From Octopus sinensis (lineage: Eukaryota), in contig NC_043022.1 of assembly GCF_006345805.1 (NCBI RefSeq), forward strand, positions 13,020,001 to 13,084,000: a stretch of 64,000 bases of DNA, given 5' to 3'. Below the pieces are notes generated by a model, which saw only the letters and a program-made list of their open reading frames with translations, was not told where the DNA came from and made no database searches. Below, piece after piece: positions 47,384-60,931 of the stretch. How positions within the stretch are numbered: position 1 is the stretch's first letter; every line of letters begins with the position of its first letter. The translations under genes were made by a program, and so were the position numbers.

Positions 47384-48939
47384 CTTTAGATCACTTTAAC
47401 CCTTTTGTTACCATACTCCTGTTGAAATACACTCACCCGAGGTGCTGCATAGTGGGGCCGAACTCTAGACAACACGATTGCAAAACAAACACCATAGAAG
47501 CAGGGGTATAGTCTCGGAGAGAGTGATATTAAAAGGGGTTAAAACAGGAAGGTTTGTATCGTAGAAGCAGGGGCACAGGATTGGTGTCATAAAGATTTAA
47601 CCCTTTAGCATTCAGATTTCTGTCAAATATGATTCCTATTTATTGCCATTGTTTTAAATTAATGGCTGTTGTAGACTGGTTATTAAGGTGTACACACATA
47701 TGTAAATATAGAAATATATTTCTTTACTACCCACAAGGATGAAAGGCAAAGTCAACCTCGGCGGAATTTGAACTCAGAACGTAACAGCAGACAAAATACG
47801 GCCACGCATTTCGCCCGGCGTGCTAACGTTTCTGCCAGCTCACCGCCTTAATATAGAAATAGTCAGAATACAGGTATTGGTCACCCATAGCAGCTGTAGT
47901 AGAAGTCACTCACCTAAGGTGCTTCATAATGGGACCTAACTCTTAACAACACGATTGCAAAACAAACATCTTCACCACACATCCATACCTGCACCTGCTT
48001 GGGGGCGAGGGGTAACTGAATGTGCATGTGTAAGGGGTATTTAATGCAGATGGGACTGAAGAATTGTTGTGGAGGTTTGAAAAGATTTTAGAATAATCTC
48101 CAAAGTTAGATACTTTGAACAAAGCAGTGTCAATAATGTGTGACAGGTAAACATGGTGACAATATCATCATCATCATCATCATCAATATGCAGTATTGAA
48201 TAAGAAGCATAGCTAAATAGTGTCAGCACAGTGTCAACAAAGTAGTTTGTCCCACAACGAAAGGAATTCAATTTTACAATTTTATTCATAGATTGTCTAT
48301 GTGTATATATAGATTTATAGATTCTATGGATGTAAATACTTGTGAATGCTCACATACACATGCATATAGTGTATTACAAGAAAGTACAGAAGTAATTATC
48401 TATACATAAAAAAGGTGTGGCTGATAGTTGCAGGCAAGGGGCTGAGTGGTTGAGAACTTTGCTTCCAAACCTATTTCTTTATTACCCACAAGGGGCTAAA
48501 CAGAGAGGGGACAAACAAGGACAGACAAACGGATTAAGTCGATTACATCAACCCCAGTGCGTAACGGGTACTTATTTAATCGACCCCGAAAGGATGAAAG
48601 GCAAAGTCAACCTCGGCGGAATTTGAACTCGGAACGTAACGACAGACGAAATACGGCTATGCATTTCGCCCGGCATGCTAACGTTTCTGCCAGCTCGCCG
48701 CCTTGCTTCCAAACCATACAGCTTCGGACTCAGTCCTACAGCATGGCACTTTGAGTGTTTTCTACAACAGCCCAGGGCCAACAAAAGCCTTGTGACTAGA
48801 TTTGGTAAATGGGAACTGAAAGAAGCTTGTCATGAATATATCTGTGTGTGTGTGTGTGTGTGTGTGTTTGTTTCCCCCATCATTGCTTGACAACCGATGC
48901 TGGTGTGTTTGAAGCCAATATGTATTTGACCCTGGATCG

Positions 48940-49400
48940 AGGTCGATCAGCATCAATGGAAATTGCAGCTGTGATACCAGTGCCGGTGACAAGTAGGCGA
49001 ACCATCCGATCGTGGCCGTTGCCAGCCCAGCGCCCTGACTGGCCTCCGTGCCGGTGGCGCATGGAGGCACCGTCCGTTTGTGGCTGTTGCCAGTCTCGCC
49101 TGGCACGTAGCACCATCTGTTCGTGGCCGTTGCCAGCCTCGCCTGGCCCCCATGCCGGTGGCACGTAAACAGCACCATCCGTCTGTGGCCGTTTGCCAGC
49201 TCTGTCTGGCACCTGTGTTGTTGGCACGTAAAAAGTACCCACTACACTCACGGAGTGGTTGGCGTTAAGAAGGGCATCCAGCTGTAGAAACACTGCCAGA
49301 TCAGACTGGAGCCTGGTGCAGCCTCCTGGCTTCCCAGACCCCAGTTGAACCGTCCGACCCATGCTAGCATGGAAAGCGGACGCTAAATGATGATGATGAT
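48940..49400 (+). mobile_element. RTE 3' UTR copy with about four internal units
   Basis: catcaatggaaattgcagctgtgataccagtgccggtg...ggacgctaaatgatgatgatg. Confidence 0.8.
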
Positions 49401-50564
49401 GTTTATTCCAAGCAGCCAAGGATGACCCAAGCAAATACCAACAAATGGGGGACGAGTTTAAAGTGAATGAACCGCAAAAGCGAGGTTGAGCAAAGAAAAT
49501 GTGGAAGGGACAGGCGGAGGCGGAGATTGGGAGGGTCGGCTTGAAGAGGGGAAGATGCCCAAAACTTGGCGAGATGGTGTGAGAGTGGTTACTGTAAGAG
49601 TGAGGTAGATCCGGTCACCCTCGTTAACAGGGACAAACCTGGATTTAAAATATTGGACATTGATCAATTGGAGGATGCAACAGTCCATCTGCCAGTACCT
49701 CACCTGACTTGTTATTGCAGTAATGGTGTTAAATATCTACCAAAAAATAGAATTGATATTTTTCTGCAAATCCCGTTACCTCAATAAACTCGACACATCT
49801 CAACAAAAAATTAGTTTCAAGCCTGACATTCTTCAAGAAAAGATAGGTTGGTGTATATAAAACTGCTTTCCGCAGTTACGGGTAAAGAAATTTTAAGTGG
49901 ATATATTCACCTTCCGCAGTAAAAAGTCTAAGTGGTTAAGAGTCTTTGTGTGTTTTTGAAATGGCTAACATGCGCCTTCCATGGTGTAATTGTTTCTCAT
50001 ACAACTGTTGTATAGAAACAATCCCTTTAAATAAAGGCTTCTTATTCCTACAACACCATTTCTGTGCTGTCTGACACACACTGACATAACTACTTTCTGT
50101 TTTCTTGTAACGCAACAATCTTTTACATCAAGAATTCTTCTGTTACCTACATTTCAAACTGGTTCTTTTGTTTTCGTCTTTTATAAACAACCAAAATTTA
50201 GTTCAAGTTGTCTCATAAAAAAGAACCCCATTCTTTTTATTTATCTTTTTTATTTAATTTCTGTTTTCTTTTTTTTTGTTCAGCAACTCTGTTCACAATA
50301 TTATATGATTAATACCCAAATTATTATTATTATTTTTTTTTTTTTCTCTACTTAGGCAATGTGAGCTGGCAGAATTGTTACTGCTTCAGACAAAATGCTT
50401 AGAAGCATTATTTCTTGTCTGCATTCCAAGTTCAAATTCCACCGAGGTCAACACTGCCGTTCATCCTTTCGGTATTGATAAAATAAGTACCAGTCGAGCA
50501 CAAGAGTTGAGGCAATTGACTCGTCCCCTTCCCTGAAATTCCTGGCCCTGTACCAAATTTCGTT

Positions 50565-51800
50565 ATTATTCAAGACATCACACAGTATCAAATATGTGAT
50601 GTTATTGACTGAAGATATCGTCTAGCGGGGGAGTTTGTTCTGCCTGTCAAGTCACAACAACGACCTCAGACAGACAGACTACTTTACGCAATATGTGTGC
50701 AGTTCCAATTAATGCCGATTTTTGCAATACGCCTACATTGTAGGGCAGGGGTGGGCAAACTACGGCCCGCGGGCCGCCATAGGTTTTCATGCGGCCCGCC
50801 GAGTGGAATATTTCACAAAATTTCCTTTCAATCAATTGTGTGTTTATAGGTCTATAACCGCCTTTAAAAATATTTTCACTTGATTTTTATAAATGAGGCC
50901 CGCCAAGGTTCCAAAGACGCACTGTGTGGCCCGCGATCAAAAAAGTTCGCCCACCCCTGTTGTAGGGTATTTTGAAAGTTTCCAAATGTCTCTTCAACTT
51001 GGGTGGTATTGAACCCAATGCTCCCATGACAACAGGGATAACCTTTATGTTTGACTCTCGTAGCTGCCACATCTTAGCAATCTCAATCCTCAGGTCTCCA
51101 TATTTCTCAATCTTTTCTCTTTCTTTCATGATGATATGTTGATCTCCTGGCACTGCCACGTCAATTATCAGGCACTCTTGTTTGTCCCTACTAAAGGTTA
51201 ATGGCCTTCGGTGCTCTAACACCTTGTCTGTCTGGAAGTCAAAGTCCCAGAGGATTTTTGCCTTCCCCTTTTCGTCCATAACCTTTTCCGGTGTGTGTTG
51301 GTACCTCATATCAATACTTCCAGCATAGTAGCCAAGTTTTGGGCTATCTTGTCGTGTCTGCCCTTGTACTCTTTTTGTGCAGGGCTTTCACAAACACTAA
51401 CAACGCGAGTCACACTTTCGACCCTCTTCCCACACATTCTGTAGAGGTTCATTGCACTTGTGTGGTATATATCCCTTTTCACTGAGTTGGTATCTAATGC
51501 CTGGTCCTAGGCAGCAACGATTAGGCTTTCTGTATTCTTTTTTTACGTCACCCTTGCTGAGCCACCTTCATGATGCTTCCTGGTCTTTTAAGTTGTTAGT
51601 TTCATGGTGGACCTGATCATGTAATTCCATGCAGAATAGAGTTTCTTCTTTCTCGTTGGCTATTCATGATCAGAATTCATTAGCACTCTCAAGTCCATTT
51701 TTGGTAAATCCTTCTGCATTAGCAGCATACTGTAGCGGGTCTTGTTTGCTTGTTTACTAAATATCCTGCCATGTATCTTCTTTCACTGTTGATGCACTGA
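50565..51800 (-). mobile_element. R4/Dong-like non-LTR retrotransposon 3' fragment (Zn-knuckle and restriction-like endonuclease), frameshifted
   Basis: ORF 50887..51309 KILWDFDFQTDKVLEHRRP...LIIDVAVP...EKIEKYGDL...VIPVVMGALG; C-terminal LQKSALIGTAHILRKV; upstream AQKEYKGRHDKIA. Confidence 0.85.
50746..50959. mobile_element. hAT MITE nested in the R4 ORF
   Basis: TIRs CAGGGGTGGGCAAAC / GTTCGCCCACCCCTG; perfect 8-bp TSD TTGTAGGG at 50738-50745 and 50960-50967. Confidence 0.92.
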
Positions 51801-51977
51801 ACAATCACATCGACCCCAGTGTTTCACTGGTACTTAATTTATCGACCCCAAAAGGACGAAATGCAAAGTCGACCTTGGCAAAATTTGAACTCGGAATGTA
51901 ACAACAGGCAAAGTACCACCAAGCATTTTACTCAGTGTGATGCTGCCAGTTCACCATCTTAATAGTTCATACTTGAC

Positions 51978-52780
51978 AGAGTGTAAGTACCTTGAGAGAA
52001 AAGCTGGACCTAAGAAGCATCAGATGTGGTGTGCAAGAGAGACGTTTGCGCTGGTATGGTCATGTGGCAAGAATGGATGAAGATAGTTGTGTGAAAAAGT
52101 GCCACACTCTAGCGGTTGAGGGAACCCGTGGAAGAGGCAGACCCAGGAAAACCTGGGACGAGGCGGTGAAGCACGACCTTCGAACTTTAGGTCTCACTGA
52201 GGAGATGACTAGAGACCGAGACCTTGTACGCTGTGCATGAGAAGACCCGGCAGGACAAGTGAGACCATAACCCGTGGCCTCTACATGGGATGTAGCCAGT
52301 CCACTTATGCATACCTTTCCTTCTTGGGACACAAAACTCTACTTGTGAAGACCTGTTGAGGCAAGTGAAAATCGAAATCAATCAACATCAATGGAAATTG
52401 CAGCTGTGATATCAGTGCCGGTGGTACGTAAGAGAACCATCCGAACATGGCCGTTGCCAGCGCCGCCCCGACTGGCCTCGTGCCGGTGGCACGTAAAAAG
52501 CACCATCCGATCATGGCCGTTGCCAGTCTCGTCTGGGCCCCCGTGCCGGTGGCACGTAAAATGCACTATCCGATTGTGGCCGTTTGCCAGCCTCATCTGG
52601 CACGTAAAAAGCACCCACTACACTCATGGAGTGGTTGGCGTTAGGAAGGGCATCCAGCCATAGAAACATTGCCAGATCAGACTGGAGCCTGGTGCAGATT
52701 CCTGACTTCCCAGACCCCAGTTGAACCGTCCAACCCATGCCAGCATGGAAAGCGGATGCTAAACGAAGATGATGATGATG
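51978..52780 (+). mobile_element. RTE-clade LINE 3' portion (ORF end, 3' UTR with tandem units, (GAT)n tail)
   Basis: ORF 51992..52240 LREKLDLRSIRCGVQERRLRWYGHVARM...EGTRGRGRPRKTWDE is the typical RTE C-terminus; it runs into the abundant repeat ending gatgatgatg. Confidence 0.9.
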
Positions 52781-53821
52781 AATGATTTTGGCACAAGACA
52801 GTAATCCTAAAGGCAGCAATTTGGAAGTTGATTATACTTACCCAAATACTCAACCAATACTCATTTTATTGACCTCAGCAATATTCGAACTAAAAAATTA
52901 AAGCTACTACAAGAACTGCCACTAAGCATTTTGTCTGACACACTAATGATTTCACCAGCTCTTCCTCTCTTCGTACGGAATTCTAAGCAATAAAAACCAG
53001 GAAAATATCCAATTATTGAACCAACCCTGATTCCATCTTTTGATGTTCTCCTTATTCTTCCTCCCTCTTCCCAAATATTGAACACAAATCTATTATTCCA
53101 ACCGCTTTTATTTGTAATTCTTCATCCTATTTCTTCATATCTCTCTACATCTCCGTTATGTAGGTCTAATTATTCACTCCGCCCTCTAAATATTTCTATC
53201 TTTTCTCTTGTGCTGGTTTCAGTCATTGGACTGCAGTCATGCCGGGGCACCACCTTTAACCCTTTAGTGTTCACATTATTCTGCCCAAATTAATGCTTTT
53301 TTTATCCACATTGTTTTGAACTAATCACGCATTATCTTGTAGCTATGATGTTTTGATGAGGTAGCTGTTAATATTTAAAACGATATTGTAGGGTTGGTGT
53401 GAGAGATCAGATCTGGCCAGTTTGAACATAAAACAGGCAGAATGCTTTTGGCCGGATATGGCCGGTTTAAATGCTAAAGGGTTAAAAAGGCTTTTAGTCA
53501 AAAAGATCGATCTTAGGTACTTATCTTCTTGGGTCTGGTACTCAATCCTATTATATCAGTTTCTTTTGCTGAACTGTTAAGTTATAGAGACATAAACAAA
53601 CCAATAGTACTCGTCAAGCAATGGTGGTGGGGACAAACACAGGCACAAAGATGCATACACACAATGGGCTTCCATGCAGTTTCCATCAACCAAATTCACT
53701 CAATGTGCTGGTCAGCCTGGGGTTATAGCAAAAGAAAGACAATTGCCCAAGTTGCCAGAGTGAAACAGAACCTGAAATCCCATGGTTGCTAAGTGACCGT
53801 ACTAATCACGCAGCCATTATA

Positions 53822-54376
53822 CGAGGGTGAGTCACAAAGTGATGCCATTTTGTTTACGACAGGTATAATTACCAACACAGGGACATGTATCATACATCAA
53901 AATGAAGCTGGTCTTCTGTGGATCACATCTCTACTTCTCAACATAGTCCCCGTTTCTCTCAATATCAATGTTCCACCTTCGAATGAGAGCATGTATCCCT
54001 GCCCCGTAAAATTCTGTTGACTGTTCTTTGAGCCACTGCTTCACTACAGTTTTCACTTCCTCGTCACTGGAATAATGTTTGTCTCTCAAACCCTCTTTTG
54101 GGGTACCGAAGAGATGATAGTCTGAAGGTGCTAAATCTGGTGAATGAGGAGGTAGTGAAGAAGTGGCTCGAAGAACAGTCAACAGAATTTTATGGAGCAG
54201 GGATACGTGCTCTCATTCAAAGGTGGAACACTGCTATTGAGAGAAACGGGGACTAGTTGAGAAGTAGGGATGTGATCCACAGAGGACCAGCTTCATTTTG
54301 ATGTGTGATACATGTTCCTGTGTTGGTAATTATACCTGTCCATAACAAAATGGCATTACTTTTGGACTCACCCTCG
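53822..54376. mobile_element. Mariner-derived fold-back element with arms of about 220 bp
   Basis: TA target duplication; termini CGAGGGTGAGTC/GACTCACCCTCG; transposase remnant PHSPDLAPSDYHLF...RWN..IERNGDYVEK. Confidence 0.9.
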
Positions 54377-55044
54377 TACATACGTATAACACTAACTTCC
54401 ATCATTCAATAACAGTTTCAAAAAACGCACTCAATACTTGGTGTAAAAGTTATTTGGTGGAGTTTGGCAATTTACTGCCACCATTCAGAGTTTTAGTGCA
54501 ACATCATCTGATCCTTGAGTCGACAAAAAAGAATGAATCATCCGGAGGGTCGCATGTGGTAAGAACACCAAGTAGAAGTAGGGTGAATCATCAGCTTCCA
54601 GCAAGTGAGTGTATACATATACATACATATATACACACACATACATAAAAACATATACCTACACATATACATACACACAGACACACTTGCACACGTGTCT
54701 TCCTCTCCAGTGATGGTTTTGAATGTTCAAGTTTTGGCATGTACTACTGTGAAGATTAGGGGGCCCACTTCACACAGCCCCTCTCTCTCTCTCTCCCACT
54801 TCTTTAATACTGAGCAACAGGACACCCAGTATAGACACCCAGTATACACACAATACCTTTACAGAAAATCCACCCACACACCAAAAACATCTCCCTCCCT
54901 CGCAACAACACACACCCACACGCACATACAAGCATGCATACAGGCACTCACACAGTCCCTATCCCTGCCTCAGGGCAACAACAACACAACAACAGCAACA
55001 CACCCACACATATCATCTCCTACCCCGCTTTCTCCTCTGCAATA

Positions 55045-55080
<36 letters not shown>

Positions 55081-55675
55081 ACACACTGACAATGTACGTC
55101 TTTAGTGTACATGTACCCAGCCTTTTTCCTATTTTAATCCCTCCACTACTATACACCACATCATAAAGCTCACATCTCTCTGATAAACGTGTTGGCTGGT
55201 CACACACACACGAATATCACACAAAACTACACACAAAATAGCACACGCAAACATTTACAGCACATGCTTATAGACACAAAAAAACCTACAATACAGTTAT
55301 ATACATATATATATACATATACACACACAGAGAGAGCAAACAAGCACTCACAAACACATATCAGTCTATACAGATTACACAAGAAAAAAATATAAGCAGG
55401 GAGAGAGAGAGAGAGATTAGTGAGTGTAACGTGTACTTGTAGAGAGAGAGAGAGAGAGAAGGAGGGAGAAAAATAAGTATGATATAACAATATGTAGAGA
55501 GGTAAGGTAGGTAAGTGTGGTGGGTGGTGAAGGTGGGTGGTGATGGGTGGTGGCGGGGTGGATGTAGCCCAAACGGTGTATTACATTACACAACACCATA
55601 TGTAAAGCTGACACAGGATATATAGATAGATCAGTTCTCAGAGAAAAACAAGATTCCACATACATGTGTGTGTAC

Positions 55676-55757
<82 letters not shown>

Positions 55758-55881
55758 ATATATATATGTATGTGTGTATATATATATGTATTATATATAT
55801 ATATAATATATATATATATGTGTGTGTATATACACATATGTGTGTGTGTGTATACACATACATACTCAACATACCCACATA

Positions 55882-55929
<48 letters not shown>

Positions 55930-55939
<10 letters not shown>

Positions 55940-57172
55940 CATACACACAGATATATATGTATGTGTACACACACACACACACACAACATACCTACACGTG
56001 CAAAATATATACATTATATATAACATTATATATATATATTATATATATACATTATATATATGTGTGTATGTATACCCCTCACAACATACACAATATGCAT
56101 ATATTTACATACATACTTGTATGTATATATATATATATGTAAGTACCTATCTGCATGCACATACTCTTTCAGGTGAACAGTAAATATCAACCATTTGTTT
56201 TGCTGCACTCTTTATTATGTGCAGCGTCATTTCAAATGCGTTGCACATTCACCAATCTCGACGTCAAGATGTTTGTCTTGGAAATCTCTCCCCCCCACCA
56301 CCACCACCACCACCACCCTTCCCAGGCGATGCTTGCTGTCAGAATGTGCTCAATAACTATCTAGAGACACAAACTTAAGCATTCAGATAAATTTTAACAA
56401 TAAAATCTTATATGGACCCCTGAGCGTCATTTGGGCCCCAGCTGTGAACCACTACTTTAGAACCACTCTGTCTCTCTTTAATACACAATGCAACTTCATC
56501 CCCTCTTCCTCTCTCTCTCTCTCTAAATCCAATTATGACCACAATTTATCATCCAAAGTGTTTTACAAGTACAGGCATGGCTGTGTGGTTAAGAAGCTCA
56601 CACTGCAACCACATGCTTTCAGGTTCAGTCCCCCTGGGCAACACCTTGCACGAGTGGAAAATATACACAGGAGGAAAATATACACATGCCAGCCTCGCCT
56701 GGCACCTGTGCCGGTGGCACGTAAAAAGCACCCACTACACTCACGGAGTGGTTGGCGTTAGGAAGGGCATCCAGCCGTAGAAACACTGCCAGATCAGACT
56801 GGAGCCTGGTGCAGCCTCCTCGCTTCCCAGATCCCCGGTCGAACCATCCAACCCATGCCAGCATGGAAAGCGGACGTTAAACGATGATGATGATGTATAT
56901 TTTCAATATGCATGTATTAGCATACTCTTACTCTTTACTCTCTTTTACTTGTTTCAGTCATTTGACTGCAGCCATGCTGGAGCACCGCCTTTAATCGAGT
57001 AACTCGACCCCGGGACTTATTCTTTGTAAGCCCAGTACTTATTCTATCGGTCTCTTTTGCTGAACCGCTAAGTGACGGGGACATAAACACACCAGCATCG
57101 GTTGTCAAGCGATGTTGGGGGTACAAACACAGACATACAAACATACACGCACACACACACACACATATATAT

Positions 57173-57204
<32 letters not shown>

Positions 57205-57786
57205 CATACACACAGATATATATGTATGTGTACACACACACACACACACAACATACCTACACGTGCATAAATATATGCCTGTATATATACATTATATATA
57301 TACATTATATATATATATTATATATATACATTATATATATGTGTGTATGTATACCCACTCACAACATACACACATATGCATATATTTACATACATACTTG
57401 TATGTATATATATATATATGTAAGTACCTATCTGCATGCACATACTCTTTCAGGTGAACAGTAAATATCAACCATTTGTTTTGCTGCACTCTTTATTATG
57501 TGCAGCGTCATTTCAAATGCGTTGCACATTCACCAATCTCGACGTCAAGATGTTTGTCTTGGAAATCTCTCCCCCCCACCACCACCACCACCACCACCCT
57601 TCCCAGGCGATGTTTGCTGTCAGAATGTGCTCAATAACTATCTAGAGACACAAACTTAAGCATTCAGATAAATTTTAACAATAAAATCTTATATGGACCC
57701 CTGAGTGTCATTTGGGCCCCAGCTGAGAACCACTACTTTAGAACCACTCTGTCTCTCTTTAATACACAATGCAACTTCATCCCCTC

Positions 57787-57820
<34 letters not shown>

Positions 57821-58460
57821 AATCCAATTATGACCACAATTTATCATCCAAAGTGTTTTACAAGTACAGGCATGGCTGTGTGGTTAAGAAGCTCACACTG
57901 CAACCACATGCTTTCAGGTTCAGTCCCCCTGGGCAACACCTTGCACGAGTGGAAAATATACACAGGAGGAAAATATACACATGCCAGCCTCGCCTGGCAC
58001 CTGTGCCGGTGGCACGTAAAAAGCACCCACTACACTCACGGAGTGGTTGGCGTTAGGAAGGGCATCCAGCCGTAGAAACACTGCCAGATCAGACTGGAGC
58101 CTGGTGCAGCCTCCTCGCTTCCCAGATCCCCGGTCGAACCATCCAACCCATGCCAGCATGGAAAGCGGACGTTAAACGATGATGATGATGTATATTTTCA
58201 ATATGCATGTATTAGCATACTCTTACTCTTTACTCTCTTTTACTTGTTTCAGTCATTTGACTGCGGCCATGCTGGAGCACCGCCTTTAATCGAGTAACTC
58301 GACCCCGGACTTATTCTTTGTAAGCCCAGTACTTATTCTATCGGTCTCTTTTGCTGAACCGCTAAGTGACGGGGACATAAACACACCAGCATCGGTTGTC
58401 AAGCGATGTTGGGGGTACAAACACAGACATACAAACATACACGCACACACACACACATAT
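55930..58460. repeat. Tandem duplication of a unit of about 1.29 kb
   Basis: 56160 corresponds to 57441, 56535 to 57830 and 57121 to 58415; near-identical apart from microsatellite lengths. Confidence 0.93.
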
Positions 58461-60702
58461 CATCATCATCATCATCATCATCGTTTAACGTCCGCTTTCC
58501 GCGCTAGCACGGGTTGGACGGTTTGACCGGGTCTGGGAAGCCAGGGGCCGCACCAGGCTCCAGTCTGAATATATATATATATATATACGACTACCAAATC
58601 CACTCACAAGGCATTGATCGGCCCGAGGCTATAGTAGAAGATACTTGCCCAAGGTGCCACGCAGTGGGACTGAACCCGGAACCATGTGGTTGGTAAACAA
58701 GCTACTTACCACACAGCCACCCCTACATATATATATCAAATCAAATTAAAGGTGATTCAAAGATCCAAGCAATGACTACAAGGAAAAATAAATGTGATAC
58801 CAACACCTCCATTCTTGGACTTACTCTGTGTGTGTGGGTGTGTAGATTTTTTTAGTTACCTTTTGTTTATCTAAGACGCCACATTCATTGCTTTTGGCAT
58901 TTACACCCACACAGACAGGTGAAAGAATACACAGACATAGGTACAGGTACACGTGCACACGTACAGATAAAAGCATACACATACATACTTAAGTACAAGC
59001 ACACACACACACACACATACATAGGTTTAAACCCACACATGTACATCGATGCAAGTGTACACATATATATATAAGCACCCGTTCGACACACCCTCCCAAC
59101 CAAGACTGGTTTAAACCCCCCACCCCGCACCAAGAGCTCACCATGTCCCAGAAACTAACACAACCTCATTTTTATCTTAACCAAACTAACGACCCAACTG
59201 GAAACTATTTATAGAATCTTTTATCACCCAAAGTTTACTTTTAAAATCCCTTTCATTTCCAAAAAAAACCCAAAAAAATGAATACCAACTACTATCATGT
59301 AAAGACTGGTCAAAATCTCTAATTAACCAAACCCAGCTCGTTAATACAAATAATCTTTCTTTCTCAAACCCAAATAATTTATTCCTTTATCTTTTTAGTC
59401 TCTTATTTATATCAGTCTTTGGAACCGAGGCCATGCTGGAGCCACCATCTTCAAGAGTTTAGTCACAAACAGAAAATAAAACAGGTTCCAACGCTTCATA
59501 TTTTTTTTAAAGTCTGGTACATATTGCATCAATCCCTTTTGGTGAACTGCCAAGTTACGGGGATGTAAACAACCCAACATTGGTTATCGAGTGATCAGGG
59601 ATACATACACAAAGATGTGCTCACACAATGGGCTTCCACATATTTTCCTTCTACCATCACCTAATGGTTACATTGTTGCACTCATGATTCTAAGATTGCG
59701 GTTTCAATTCCCAGACCCGGCTCTTCGTTGTCCTCAAACTGGAAACCTTCCACCCCAATGCTTGTAACAAAGTGGACTTTGCTAAAGACAGCCAACATAG
59801 TGTTAAACTTGCTTATGGACTAAGTCTGCCCCTAGAAATAGAGTCTCGGACATTGCTTAGAAAATAATTTTCATTTTTAACCTCATATATAACACACACT
59901 AGGGATTTTGACCTTTAAATTTTGAGAAAAGGGTGCAGATTATACTCAAGGATTTACGGGTAGAGGTGTCAAAAGAGGAAAATAAAGAGGTATCAAACTG
60001 TTGGAACAGTTTATGAAAATTATGAGATTACAAAGAGATGATACATGCTTTGGCTTTGTGCCGGTAATAAGGAATATAGATTCCAGTTTCCCGTGAGGCA
60101 ATTGCAAATACTTGGCCAAGAGTAAGCCTCTGTTCTGGGCAGTTAGTCATCATTGTCAATTTAATGTTAACTCTTCCATGCTTACATCAGTCAGATGGTT
60201 TTTGTTGAGGCAGATTTTCTACAGCCGGGTACCCTTCCTGTCACCAACCCTCATATTTCCAAGCAAGGTTAATATTTCCCCCTCGCCATACATGGTTTTC
60301 ACAGACTGGAAACAAAGGACACTGCTTGCATGTCAGTGACCCTCATTTAAAATTGCCACATGATGTCAAGACAAGGAGACATCAGCTTCTTTCAATTTCC
60401 ATCAAAGAAATCCATTCACAAGGTACTGGTCGGCCTGAGGTTATGGTACAAGGCAGTTGTCCAAGGTGCCATGCAGTGGGAAGACTGACCCCAAAACCAT
60501 GTAGATGGGAAGTAAATTTCTTGCCACAAAGCCATGCCTGCACCTGTTTACCAACCAAGAAAAGACCTCTGACAGTTTCATGGTGGATCACAGAGGAAGA
60601 TGAACGGCTTGTAAGAATCAAACAAGCCATGTGCAGAGCTGCAGTGAACAAGGTGAGAATTAGCAGTGAGGTCAGAAACAAATTTAACATTCAGATAGGA
60701 TG

Positions 60703-60931
60703 TTAACCCTTTTGTTACCAACCCGGCCAAAACCAGCTCTGGCTCTGTAGTACAAATGTCTTGTTTTCATAAGTTTTGAATTAAAATCTTCCACCAAACC
60801 CTAGTCACAATTTATGTTCCTAACACTAGTTGAATGATAACTAAGTTATTTTACTAAATTCTTTGTTATATTTAAAGTAATTGAAAGAAACACAGAGCAT
60901 CTCAAAATAAATACAGTAACAAAAGGGTTAA
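60703..60931. mobile_element. Second piggyBac-like MITE family
   Basis: TTAA|CCCTTTTGTTAC...GTAACAAAAGGG|TTAA. Confidence 0.8.

Noticed and set aside
49936-50118. 60-aa ORF with plausible composition
   Set aside because: No recognizable homology or convincing splice context.
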